NCBI GenBank assembly: GCA_905178155.1
Contig: CAJINV010000013.1
Coordinates: forward strand, 1,063,790-1,127,789
Length of the DNA stretch: 64,000 nucleotides
Direction: 5' to 3'
Origin: Amoebophrya sp. A120
Taxonomy: Eukaryota > Protista > Dinoflagellata
Shown here in pieces: positions 1-12,100 of the stretch. Position 1 is the stretch's first letter; each line of letters starts with the position of its first letter. The notes under the pieces were generated by a model. It was not told the DNA's origin, made no database searches, and was given only the letters and a program-made list of their open reading frames with translations. A program made the position numbers and the translations under genes.

Positions 1-62
1 TATCTATCGTTTTCGTTCGATCAAATTTTTTCCATCCATATTCTGGCCGACCGGTGTAGTAC

Positions 63-2198
63 TCAGACCTCCGGTGTTCGAAGAATTCCTTCGTGGTCCA
101 GCAGCCGTACGGATCTGGCACTGTATGCAAAGAAAAAAGTGCTTACAGTTACACTTTGTGTCGCAAAACATGCAAGACAGACGAGCTCTGTTATGCGCAA
201 AATGCTTGCGAGTCCGGTTTTGTGATTGTGTTTTGGGTTTTGGTTTTGCTTTTGCGTAATGAGCATTGCATTACAAGTTTTCTCCGTCATGTGAGGCAAA
301 TTTGTGATGCTGAAGTCACTACAAAAACAAATGTGTAACTGTAATACATTTCTCTCGTGATACCCTGGTCCAATCCGCCAGTAGTTTTCATCTAGACGCC
401 AGTCGTACTTTCCGTTTTCGTCAAGATAGTTTTTCCACTCGTCCTTGCCAACATGCTTTTTCCTCATTTTTTCCAATTCCAGTTCTCTCTTCTGCTTGCG
501 ACTTATTGTTGATGCTGCAACAGCAGGACCAGCTTCTGGTCCTGCTGCGGTCTTTGAGGTTTTGACATCCACCTGGAGGTCCGTGGTCAGATCCTCCAAT
601 CGGCTGACGAGCGTTTTTGCTTGTGTTTGAAGCGGGTCATGAGTAAGACTGTCAGAAACAAAACCGGTTTTAGTAGTCTTCTTTGTTGCAGTACCGTCAT
701 TAACTATCGTGCCAGGACCGACTCCTGTCGTACTAGAGCCCGTTCTTTGCGTACTACTTGCTGCTGCCTGGTGATCTTCTTCCTCGCGTGTACTAGTCCT
801 CACCGCGACCTCCGCAACGGACGATACTCTTTCCTGTTTTCTCCACATCTTCTCCAATTGCTTTTCCGATTCCTCCTTCGCCCGTAAAATTTCCTTCTCC
901 TTCGCCTTTGCAAAGTGCTTGTCGTACCCGTTTGGCGTGAAGATCTGCTCCGGGAGACTCGCGGACAATGGGTCGAAGCCAAGATATTTCCCGAAAAACA
1001 TCGGACATGTGGTAGTTACTACGACGTAGCGCTTGGGTTTCGTCGTCAGGTCCTTGTGGAAAGCGTGGTAGGAACGCGAAGCACCAGGTTCTGCTCTCGT
1101 AGCAGTGTCGCGGTTGTAGTGGTCTCCCCCGGTGGCTTCCTTGCCATAGAAGTTTTCACTATACTCGCTTTCGTAGTCCAGTTCGTCTCCCGGTGTAGTT
1201 GTAGTTTCTGGTGGGTAGTAGAAGAGGTACTCTAGCGGTTCCTCGATCGTCCTGCTGACGCCAGGGTTCAGAATTTTCTCCACGCAGCTCCGCTGGGAGA
1301 GCTCCTTCAGCGTCAGTTTCACCTTCTTCACCGCGTTCAATTCCAGCAAGTACTCCTTTGCCAGGTCTCGGCAACGCACATCGCCGAAATCTTCCAGGTC
1401 TTTAAAGTTTCTCGCTTCTCGCCGTTGCCGCTCCTGCTCGAGCTTGAAGTTGCTGGTGCCCTCTACTGCTTCGTCCTCATCCTGGTGGTAGTTGTAGCCC
1501 CAGTAATTACCATTACCGGATTTCTTGTTTTTCTTGCTGTCCTTCGACAAGAACCCTGTGCCTCCGTTCCCGCCCGTTGCACCGTCCACGGGATGCAGCT
1601 CCTTTCTCCAAGCCGGAAGCAGTTGGTACGTCCTGGCAGCAGTGGGAAAGGGGGAAGCAGCCACGGATGAACCATCACCAGCAGGATGTTGAATCGGGCC
1701 TGGGAACGAAGTGGACGAGGCCGAACCGCCAGCCTGGTGAGATGAATGATCCTGGACTTGCTTATTCTCATGCTGCTCGTGTATGTAGTTTATTCTTGTA
1801 TGATTTTTAGTACTCCTTATATGATTTTGGTTTTCACTTGCAGCTCTAGACGCCGTAATTTGCAACTGGGATTGGGTGGAATTATCTGGAATAACTTCGG
1901 GTGGCGCTTCAACCACCTGACCCCGGTTGAATGAACGCGAGTCCTTGTTCGTGCGATACAATGCGGAGGAAGAAGCTTTTTTTTTGTGGTCGTTGTTGAT
2001 ACAATCTTCGGTCTGCACACGTACTCGTTCGGTCACCCCGCGGTGCAGAAGACGGATGCCGCAGAGAGCCGTTTCTCGGACGATTTCAAACTCGTAAGAG
2101 TCTGCGTAGAAATACTGATAAACGTCCTCGAAATAAAAGCGCCTCCGCTGTTGTTCGGGTGTCATTTTGATGTTCACCGTCGTTCTACTCGTGCTGGT
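63..2198 (-). CDS. Internal or 3' exon(s) of a hypothetical low-complexity protein
   Basis: 704-aa ORF (63..2177) with natural composition. The frame stays open upstream to a TTATCTAG acceptor-like site near 2199. The last ~90 codons look intronic or UTR-like. No domain recognised. Confidence 0.55.
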   Translation of the reverse strand, partial: TSTSRTTVNIKMTPEQQRRRFYFEDVYQYFYADSYEFEIVRETALCGIRLLHRGVTERVRVQTEDCINNDHKKKASSSALYRTNKDSRSFNRGQVVEAPPEVIPDNSTQSQLQITASRAASENQNHIRSTKNHTRINYIHEQHENKQVQDHSSHQAGGSASSTSFPGPIQHPAGDGSSVAASPFPTAARTYQLLPAWRKELHPVDGATGGNGGTGFLSKDSKKNKKSGNGNYWGYNYHQDEDEAVEGTSNFKLEQERQRREARNFKDLEDFGDVRCRDLAKEYLLELNAVKKVKLTLKELSQRSCVEKILNPGVSRTIEEPLEYLFYYPPETTTTPGDELDYESEYSENFYGKEATGGDHYNRDTATRAEPGASRSYHAFHKDLTTKPKRYVVVTTTCPMFFGKYLGFDPLSASLPEQIFTPNGYDKHFAKAKEKEILRAKEESEKQLEKMWRKQERVSSVAEVAVRTSTREEEDHQAAASSTQRTGSSTTGVGPGTIVNDGTATKKTTKTGFVSDSLTHDPLQTQAKTLVSRLEDLTTDLQVDVKTSKTAAGPEAGPAVAASTISRKQKRELELEKMRKKHVGKDEWKNYLDENGKYDWRLDENYWRIGPGYHERNVLQLHICFCSDFSITNLPHMTEKTCNAMLITQKQNQNPKHNHKTGLASILRITELVCLACFATQSVTVSTFFFAYSARSVRLLDHEGILRTPEV

Positions 2199-3854
2199 CT
2201 AGATAAGAACAGTTGTTGTAGTCATAGACGATCACACGCAGAGGCGGTGCTGGCGGCCGAATAACCTCGGTGAGGGTCGTGATGGAAGACGAAGAAGTTC
2301 AGCAAGCTGCTATATTCTAGGAGGCCCCCGCGCGGCAACGGCCAGGCGAGGCTACAGTGTCAGAGGACGTGCACGTCCTTCATCACAGGCGCAATAAATT
2401 TTGCAGCGACGATCGAGGAATGCTGTGCTGAGCAGCAAAGTAGACCAATGAATGTCGCGGTTCCGGTTTGTCATCCTGACGCCCAAAAATATTTCCGTGC
2501 CGGACAAGCATGCAAGAGTAACATCAATAAATTCTCAACTGCAGCCACGGCACCTACCTATATGCGTGTCATGTTTGTCGCTCATGTGTAGCTTTTAGCG
2601 TGGAGTATCTACATGTAAGCGGTAAGAACCGAAGGTATGAACAATATGTTTTTCTGTGCGATTTTCTTATTTTCACTGATATTACTGATGACGAGTGCGA
2701 GTCGCAAGTATGATAAACTTCTCCAAAGTCATGTTCTTCCAGGAATCAACTTCTGCCCTGCAAAAAATGACGTGGGAGGAGCATGATCAAGGCAGATGAG
2801 CCTGAAAGAAGAGGAGGATCTCGCAGTTATGAACAGACACTGACACAGATCTTCTTAAACTTTCTTTATTCGGTAAAGTGACAAATCGCTGCACTTATCA
2901 CTATTTCGGGTCCGACTCCGGGCTGAGCTTGACTATAAGTCTGTGACTGTGTGGCGTGTGCTCAGAAGAAATAAATGTCACGGTGCTAAGATGTCAAGCA
3001 AGTGCATTTGCATGTGTTTCATGAGTTTCCGGCAAAACGAAAAATAGAAAATGGCGCCTGACTAAAACTGAGAATGAGAGTGCTCCAGACGATGATGACA
3101 CCAGGGCAACTGCGCACTAGTCACGACTCAACTACAAAAAACGTCAGCCATGTGGTCAGCTCTTCCACTTGAAACAAAAAGTTTGCGTCTGCGGGGGAGG
3201 TGCGCTGCTCCTTAATTCTTCGAACAGAATATTTGCGCCATGATGCGTGTGCCCATCTCGGATTTGCCCAAACCAAGCTACTTCTACTTCAACTTCTTGG
3301 CAAAGGAGGACATGCCGGCTCAATGAATTTTACCGGTTTTTTCCAGCAGAATGTACAGTGAAAGCAGTGCTCAACAAATATTAGCAAGGAAACGCGCAAT
3401 GATCGACGACGATTCCATGCACCCCAAAAAGCGACCCTTCAGTTACCTATGTCAACAAATGGCAGCGGTCACCCAAGATGTTCCGTGTCTTGCCTCTGAG
3501 ACAACGAAAGAAATTCTCTGAGCGATGAAGCCCCTGCAACGCAATCATGCACTGAAACGACAAAGTCAAAGGATACTACACATTGTAACGATAACAAGGA
3601 ACAAGAATGATGAGACAGGAGGCGAAACTCACTTGACAAATACGATGATCGATTGAACAGCTACTAGATAGTAAGTTGGAAAGGAGAGTTACGAAGCGCC
3701 CTCGGGGGGGCGAATAGCAGTGTTTCATTCAAATGCACACGATCAATTTTCTCGACCACAGCATGGATGAAACAAATAATGACGATATATGGTCAGACGA
3801 TGAATTGCAGTTGTATCAATATCCTCTTCTCCTTCTCAACAGTGCAGCGGCTAA

Positions 3855-4980
3855 TTATGCAACGCCGTCGCGCAGTCGTCTCCTTTGTCGCTCCCTCCAA
3901 ATCTCCCCGGAAACCCCAGTTGCTTCATGTGACGCCGGATCGACAAGAGCCAACGCATCCGCGGCATTCGCATCCGCGGCATTCGCGGAAGCTGCAGACC
4001 GCCTGAGTCGATTCGCTTGTTGTTCCCTCCAAATCTCCCCGGACGCCCCAGTTGCTCCATGTGACGCCGGATTTACATGAGCCAACGCATCCTCGGCAGC
4101 TGCAGCCTCCCTGAGTCGATTCGCTTGTTGCTCCCTCCAAATCCTCCCGGACGCCCCAGTTGCTCTCTGCAACGCCGGATCGACAAGAAGTCGCGCCTCG
4201 TGGGCATCGTCCGCCTTCCTTTGTGCTGTCGTATTTTGTATGTCGCATCACACAAACAGGGAAAATCAGCCACCTTGTTCTCGATGTAGTTGTAAGTTTT
4301 CTACTGCTTCCTGTGGAAATCTTCCATTTCATCACTTCATGTTGTTCATCAGTAAAATCAAAAATAGAACCTTCCATGCCCGGTTCCCTCGGGCATCCTT
4401 TGCTTCCCGTCCAACTGCATTTGGATTTTGCACTATTATATTTGCAACAGTCGTCAGCTGCGGCTTCCCATTTAGCACCAAACCACAACCGCTTGTACAT
4501 GCATGTCGAAGACAAACCAATTGTGTTAACGGCGCACCTGTACGGTGTGGGGACCTTGGTGGTCGTCCTCGTCTGAGCTTCGCCTTCCTGCATCAGTTGC
4601 GCGGCTGTCCCATCCTCGTCAACATCGCTGAACTCCGCATCGTCCATGAGCAGTTCAGTCATCTGGAAGTCCTGAGAGTCCTCACCTTCGATTCCCGCCC
4701 CAAGGACCGGCGCATCGTCCCTCACGTCCGCTCGGTCCCGAGGCGGAGCGTCGTTGTAGATCTCATGATCCGGCTCATGCTCTTTCCCCGCCACGATGTT
4801 CGCCTCCACGAGAACCACGCCAGTACTTCTCGTCCCCGGCATCGACGAAAAAGAGCCGCTTCCCGCTACCGCCAGCAAAGACACCGTCACCCGGCGAGAA
4901 ATGGACCGTGCCTTGCGGAACCTGGAGCTGGGGTCCTCCCGCTGTTCGGAACGACCACGCGGCGAGTCCGTGGAGGCCAT
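3855..4980 (-). CDS. Hypothetical secreted or anchored protein with a Cys-rich segment and three C-terminal repeats
   Basis: ATG at 4980, hydrophobic stretch (VTVSLLAVAG), Cys cluster (CCKYNSAKSKCSWTGSKGC). A putative GT-AG intron at 4226..4304 moves the frame into ORF 3855..4172 (GASGEIWREQQANRLR repeats). Confidence 0.55.
3891..4190. repeat. Three imperfect tandem coding repeats (spacing 132 and 108 bp)
   Basis: CTCCCTCCAAATCTCCCCGGA.GCCCCAGTTGCT...GACGCCGGAT recurs at about 3891, 4023 and 4131. Confidence 0.85.
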
Positions 4981-5880
4981 GCTGATTCTGATTCTACTGG
5001 TTGTCGTTGAACTTTGAAATACTTCTTGGTTCTCCTGGTGGCCTCCAACTCACCCAAAAGATAGAACAAGTGGAAACAATGAAAAAACCAGCGCTAAGGC
5101 ATTCGCATTGCACCGAAAGTTTATTCGAAATTTACATGGTTGTGAATGTGATTTCGGATTTTAAGACGATTCCTTTTGTTGAAGACGCTACTGTTTTTTC
5201 AACGATCATTATATCAATCACAACCTTCACGAAGGAATAAGAATTCGAATTGTCAAAACGATTTTGTAGACGAATCCTTTTGCCTCCCTCTGTGACAACA
5301 CATAGTCTTAGTCACGGCGACCTAATTAGCTACATATTATATCCACGATTTTCGGATGACCATGAGACGACCACGATGGACGACAGAGTGCTTCTTCATT
5401 GGCCGGTGACCAACTTGCGAAGTATTGAAGGCTGAGGCGTATCTATGCAATGTCGCTGTTCTACGCCGACGAGCTACAACGAATTGATAGAACTACATAC
5501 GTCAGCACCAAGGGGCCACGACACCGAGAACTTTTTTCGTCGAGAAAACTGATAATTGCAAGGCTTGTCCCTTTTTATTCCACTCGTGACGAAGATATTT
5601 CCCGGCGGTGAACCTGCTTGTTTGACTTCAAGCCGACGAGTCGACACCACAACCGATGTGACGAACACAAACCGGGCAACGTTCCTAGTGGAAAAGACCA
5701 CGAATAAACTCCAGTGGCATAATTTTTGTGCGATGCAGTTTCTGATGTTTTGAACCTGAATATAGAAGCCAGGGGATGTGATCACATTTTTATCGTCGAA
5801 TGTATTGAAAGTGGCGTGATTCCGATGTTCGTTGTTGTACGTCGGGGTTCTATTAGCTCCCCCGTATCAATTTCATCGTC

Positions 5881-7783
5881 TTACACCTCGTACATGGGGA
5901 ACCTGGCTTCCACCGGGTTTTTCAGTGCGTGGAAAAACATCATGACCCCGGCGCAACCCTCGAATAATGACAGCGGTCTATCCGGCACCCGGTCGAACCC
6001 ATCGGCCGCCTCGTTCTGCATCACCACCCGCGCGAAGCAGTGCGCGCGTCGCAGCCAGAGCTCGTCGTTCAGTTTTCTGTACAGACTGAGGAAGAAAAAT
6101 CCGTTCCCCGCGATCCCATGACACAGGGACGCGGATTTGGTCAGCAGCCCGTACTTCCAGCAACACTCGCCACACTTGACCGCCTGCTGCAGGTACTTCT
6201 CTTTCTCATTCACAAAAATCTCGCTGCACAGGATGAAAAGCGGGATGAACCCCGGCGCGCCGTGGCAAAATTGGACCAGTTTGGTGTCCATGGAGGTGAG
6301 TTTCGACCCGTAGTTCCCGGTGGCCGCGTCGTGGCAGTTGAGCATCAAGAAGTCGATGGACTGCTTCACCTCGGCAAGCTCGCTGTTGGTCAAAAATTCC
6401 CGCGCTTGCAACAGTTGCAGGAATATCCCGGCGAAACCGTGAGCGCCGCCGGTGTACTTCTTCATGTGCCACTCGTAACACAGCGCCGGTCTGGCCGCAC
6501 GGGAACCGCCGTCGTTGTAGCTGCGGCCGGATTCCAGAATTTCCTCGACCGTTATGCGAATTTTTGTGTTGAAGTCACCGTGTAACTCGCGGGCCAGGCC
6601 CGGGGTCGCGAAACCGCCCTGTTTTGTTTGAGTGGTGTAATCAGTGGTTTTGATGAAGATGGCAAGGAAAAGCGTTGCAGAGCGCAAGCGATCCTTCTGC
6701 CTCCTGCTAAGCAAAAACCCACAGAGCAAGAATCACCACAACAACCGGACCAAAATTGGAAACGAAGACTGACAAGAAAAGCAAAAACAATACCTTCGTC
6801 TGAAACTGTTTTCTGACGAACAGCAGTGCGAACAGAAACCCGGCTCTTCCGTACAGCCACTCGTCCGATTTGCATTTTGACGAATCTACCTGCAGAAACC
6901 GGTTCACGCCGCCCAACAACACTCCCTCCAGCATCACAAAGTTATCGGGGGACTCCCCGTCGTACTCCACTACCCGTTTCCCTGACACTTGTTGCGCCAA
7001 GGTCCCCGTGCTCCCGCCCGAACTCGACCCCTTTTTCAGTAGCCCCCGGAGTTTGCTCAACCCGGTGGAACCGCCCGCGCCCCCGGACGCGGATTTTGGT
7101 CGTAATTGACTCAGTACACTGGACCGCCGTTGCACTTTCTCCGGCGGGGAAGATGAGGGTGACGCGTTTGCTCCTCCTCCTTCCCCGTCGTTCTCATTTT
7201 GGTACTGAGGCCCGGCTTCACCCGCAGTACCACCTCCGTCCTTCAATTCAAACATCGGATCGCTGTCTCTTTGCCTATTCAGTTCCTTCACGTGCTCGTT
7301 CACAGCGGAGTCTTTGATTTTCTCCAAATGTGCCGAACTCGTCATCTGCAACGTCTGCCCCATCGACGGGCGCTTCGCGGACCCGTGGCCCCCGTGGAGG
7401 GATTGCGGGTTCTTCTTGTGGTTCGCGAAAATGTGGTGTAACACCACGATACTGTAGAACAAGCCTGTCGCCAACCCGCCCCCGACGGCAACTGCGTGCG
7501 TCTCGACGCCCCGCTTGCCGTCCTTGTCGGCCCAGGACTGGTTTTTCTCGTTGGTCAAGAAGTACTCCGCCTGCTTCACGTCCTGTAAAACCCAGAGGGA
7601 AGCGAGGCCGGCCCCCGGTCCGCCGGAGTAGATACTGCCGGACTCGTTCGCGTGGGACAAGTCCTCGGAGATTTGCAAATCGTACTTTGCAATCTGCGCG
7701 TTGAGCTCGTCGACCGTGAGGAGCAGCGTCGTTTCATCGTCCAGGGTATTGGGGAAACAACGCGTCGCGATGGTGTCGGCCAT
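5881..7783 (-). CDS. LANCL: LanC-like protein (LANCL/GCR2 family); exons 6794..7783 and 5881..6618
   Basis: Motifs DEWLYGRAGFL, GGAHGFAGI, QFCHGAPG, SLCHGIAGNG, LSLFEG and terminal FPMYE. A canonical GT-AG intron 6619..6793 (AAG|GTA ... AACAG|GGC) joins the two ORFs in frame. Confidence 0.92.
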
Positions 7784-9180
7784 TTTTTTGGCGAGTTTCT
7801 GGAAAGGAGAAGTAAAAGGCTAAGATAAAGGCTGAGGCATAGTGTACGTGTAGTGTAGGTGTAACGCGGTCATGCGTTAGATGAATTGCGTGAAGACGTT
7901 TAGGAAGGTACTGTAGGAAGAAGAACAGAGGAGAAAGTCCACCGGCATAGTACTACCTAGGCTCCTCGGGACGAGGCCATTTTGCGATGGGTGCCTATGT
8001 TGTAAGGCTAATTTACACTTGCGCGCATGCATTTTCATGGGTCCTGTCATGCAGATGAGCGTATGTCTAAGTACTCTTTTGGATCTACTACGCGGAAATG
8101 TAGGGACGATGAGTGGACACAGAGCTCGTGTCTTGAAAGAGCCGAGCGCGAAGCTGGCGATGCTAGAGAAGAAACCGAACGAAGGTAGACGCGTGCACGT
8201 GATGCAACGGCCGTACGAAAACCGACCGGAGTGCTTGCTCCAGATGCAGTGATTAGTACGACAAGGCCAAAAATGCACGAAAACCGAGACGAGAGGGCGA
8301 AAATGAACCGAGAGGCAATGCCGCAATCATGAACAACCGAGGTTGGAGAATTATTCGTCTGGTGAGAACCGAGTGCTTCTTCCGGTCAGCTGATACGAGC
8401 AGCAAGACAGGCACGAATGCCGATGAAAATAGTGTACACAAAAGAAATGTAAATGAAGTGCCTGAAACGTTGAAGTTGTAGTTCTTGTCACACAAAGCTA
8501 TTAGTATTACCCGATAAAACTATGAATGCTGTATGTAAGAAACAAAGCTACTTTCAATGAAAAATGTTACAGTTGCTAAATCAAAAAAGTAAGACCATGA
8601 GAAAATTGCTGTGAAAGTGGAACCCAAAAAGTTGTTGTAAATCAGGGAGAACGTTGAAAAGTTGCGAGTTAAATCCAACTATTTTTTCGAGAAAACATGA
8701 TGCATGCTACAATTCTAGTGTAAACGATGTCACCTACCCTTTAATGTTTGTCTGATACTAGGTATTGAAATTTTATTGCTTTGCGATAATGATAAACTCA
8801 AAATGCGAAACGAAAATTACCATATTGACATAGAAATTTGATTCGGTACACTGTTACGCTTCCTCTGCCTCTGGTGTCTGAAACTAGAACGAATGCGACT
8901 CAAAGTCAAACGAGATTTTTCTGAATCTGAAAGAAACTCAAATACAAAGTGCTATCTTCGATAAACTGAATCAATGCTACTTACTTCAAATAAAAACCGT
9001 ACTTCTATACTACTTGCTACCATGCGCGAACGCCTCGTCGTCAGAACCAAATTTACGTCTACTAGATTGTGGAGCTGATTTAGAGACAAGCCGCGTTGTA
9101 TTCTAGCCGACACCTATCTTATGCTTATCAAAACCCTGGCTCGCTCCTACCAGTAGTACGAAAAAACTTTCGTGCCTTTC

Positions 9181-12100
9181 CTACAGCACATCCGAATTCG
9201 CCGCCTTTTCCAATTCCGTCTGCGCTTGCAACACCGAAGACGAGATCGCCTTCACGTTTTCCCTCTCCTTCCTCGGCGGAGCAGCAGTCGCATCACCGCC
9301 CGCTTTTCTCTGCAATTCGAGTTTGAAGTTGTCTTTGATCGGCGAAGAAAGGGACTGCTTGGACGGTGCAGATGAGTTTTGCTCTCCGCCGACCACAGTA
9401 ACTTTCTTCAACACTCCGCTTGCACCACCATTATCGTGCTCCCCGCTAATCCCTCCAGCAGTGCCAAAAGCAACCGCTTCTACCGCGGTATTCCGGTCCA
9501 TGATCCCCTGGCTTTTCTCCTCTTCCTGCACCCGGCGCATGAATCCACTCGGCGTCGCGGCCCGACTGTTGTTCCGACTCCCATGGTAATCCATCACCGG
9601 GGTTTGCGCCCCATTCGCATTCCCACTACTCGACGTTAAAATGGAGTTTCCAACCGTGACCAAAAACCCCTTCTTAGGGCTCAGTGCCGCGGCTTTCCGG
9701 TCGGAGACCGTCATGATGCCCTGCGTCGCTTGCCCGCGCTTCGGCTTGATCGTTCGCATGCTGTGCGGCGACATGGGCTCGCGAATGTTGTTGTGGAAGA
9801 CAATGTCCCCGACTTTGTCGTGCACAACGCCGAGCAGCTCGTTCTTCTTCAAATCCGAAGCCGTTTTCATCGCTGATTTCGGTTCCGCAAACCAACCGAC
9901 GCAGGTCGACGCGCGCCGTGGGTGCGAGGACTGCGCTCCTGCGGACGTCGTCGCAGTTGAAGCTGACCCAGCAGCTGCATTTAATGTTCTGCCACCACCG
10001 TTGTTGAAAACGCCACCTCCGGCTCCCTTCCCCGTCTGTCCTATCGTCGGCAGCGGCATCAGAGTCAGGGAATTTTGGTGTTGCCCGTTCTGCACCACGG
10101 AACCGTACTTCTGCTCGAGTTCTAATTGCAGCAGTTGATGTTCCTTATGATCTGTGATCGGTGCATTGGAATACTTCAGCTTTTTGATCAGCTCCCTTCG
10201 ATGCTGCACGTCCTCCGACCACTTATTAGAAATCTGCGCGTTGCTGCTATTCTGTAGCTCTTGTTCTTTATTCTTGTTCTTCGACGGGCTCTGGCTCTTC
10301 ATAGGCGACGTGGAAGTTGATCGAGTCGTTCGCTTTTTCTCTACCGAAAACATCTTCGCCGCAGAGGTGTGCATCATCGGGTTGGCTTGACTTGCAAAAT
10401 TATCCACCGACGAGCCGTACAGAGACGCTTGTTGACCAAAAGTAGAGCCAGCGCCAGGCGCCGCTGCACCGCCTTCCGCTGCTCCAGCAGAAAAGAATTC
10501 CGTACTGGACGGAGCCGCTGCGGGTTCCCGGAAAAACGCCCGTTGATCCTCGTCCTGGAGGATCTGCGAAAAAGCGCCGAATGAGGGCTTGTACACTTCA
10601 TCACAACTCTCGCCAGTCTTATTACCAATTCCGTGGAGATTTATCTGGTCGAAAGTTGTCGAAGCGGACGACACATCAACTCCACTTCCTGGCGCAACCA
10701 GATGCGGCAGCGTGACCGACGACTCCTGCCCGCCAACGTTTCCCATCAGTTCCAAGGAAGATCCGGAGGCGGAGCCGGAGTCCAACTCCAGGGACGTCTG
10801 TGACCGGCTGTCAAACAACGTCGTGTCGTCCAAAGAGGGCTCCTGTAGTCCGGGGTGGTCGAGGAAGAGACTACTCGCTCCCGCATCTTCGAAACTCCCC
10901 TCGTTCTCCTGCTCGGAAATGGTGGGGAATGTCAGGGGCAACAGATCCGTTTTGTTGAACATCAGAGACGATCCAGTAGTAGCGTTATTCATATTCATCG
11001 AGTTTTTATTTGTCGTCGGCTGCAGAATCAAGGAACTAGACCGCCTCTTCCCGCCCTTGCTGTTCGTCAGCACCCGTTTTCCGTCGTACTTGGACTTCCG
11101 ACAGTCCCGCTGGTCGAATAAAACTAAATCCCGTAGTTTCTTCGACGCACTTCCCGACTTAAGAGAGTTCTGCCCACTATTTGATGTAGTTGCTCCATTT
11201 CCAACTTTAGGCGGAGAATAGACCTGTGCGTCACTCAACGGCTGCTTCTGACGCTCGATCAAGTACTCCCTTTTTTCCTTTTGCGTCCACTGTGAGGGCG
11301 TGCGGGGGACGACCTGCTGGTAATTATTCAAGTTCTGTGCTGCAATTATCGCCTGCTGTTCCGCGGCCAGTTGCCTCTTCTGCACGGCAGCGGAAACCGA
11401 GGTCGTGCTCATGTTGCGCAACAAATTTGAGGATGAACTAGTGCTGGAGGTAAAAGCGCCACTGTTCGTCGTCGCACGGGACGTCGGTACGGAGTGCGCA
11501 TTCCGAGCCTGTTTCGGTGCGCCGCGAATCAAGGACCCGGTGGTAGTGCTGCCAGTAGTTGTACTTCCAGATTTGCCATTGTTTCCTTTATGCTTATCAT
11601 CCTTCATCTTCCCAATACTCGTCCCGCCAGTTTTGCTGTTGTAGAAATCGTTCATGCTGGTGGTAAACCCGCTCTCCGCCCCTCCTCCGTAGAAACTGCT
11701 GCCGTCCTGGGACCAGAAGGAGCTCCCCGTGTTGTTCATCACGGAATTGTTTGCGCTATGGGGGTGATTATAGCCACCAGCGTGCATGACACCGCCGGCG
11801 ACGAAGTTGTCGTAGAAGCTGCTGTTCGCGAACAACCCGTGGACGCCGGACATCGGGGGCGTAGTGTAGCAATTCTCGCTCGTCATGTCGTCGTTTTGGA
11901 GTTCTTGTTGGAGGAGTTTTTTCTTGTGCAACAACCTCTCCTCCTCTTCGTTGGCGAGAAGGAAGTTGCCCGACTGGACAAACTGCTCCGAATTGTGCGT
12001 GTACTCCTCCTCGATCAGTTGCTGATTTTCTCTCAGCGGCGTGTTGATCACGCTCGGGCGGTTTTGGTTCAGTTCCAGACCGCTCTTCAATAAAGTGTTC

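Noticed and set aside
2700-3700. Coding-like plus-strand stretches with stops (also 50832..51245 and about 59400-59950)
   Set aside because: They may be decayed gene or transposon relics, but I recognise no motif and cannot support a call without a homology search.
3925-3927. TGA aligned with TGG in the neighbouring repeat, suggesting UGA=Trp recoding or readthrough
   Set aside because: A plausible GT-AG intron (4226..4304) puts the repeats in another fully open frame. Other genes here end at ordinary stops and long ORFs have no in-frame stops.
5881-7783. Lanthipeptide biosynthetic cluster
   Set aside because: It is a stand-alone, intron-containing eukaryotic LANCL gene with no LanB/LanM, precursor or transporter nearby.
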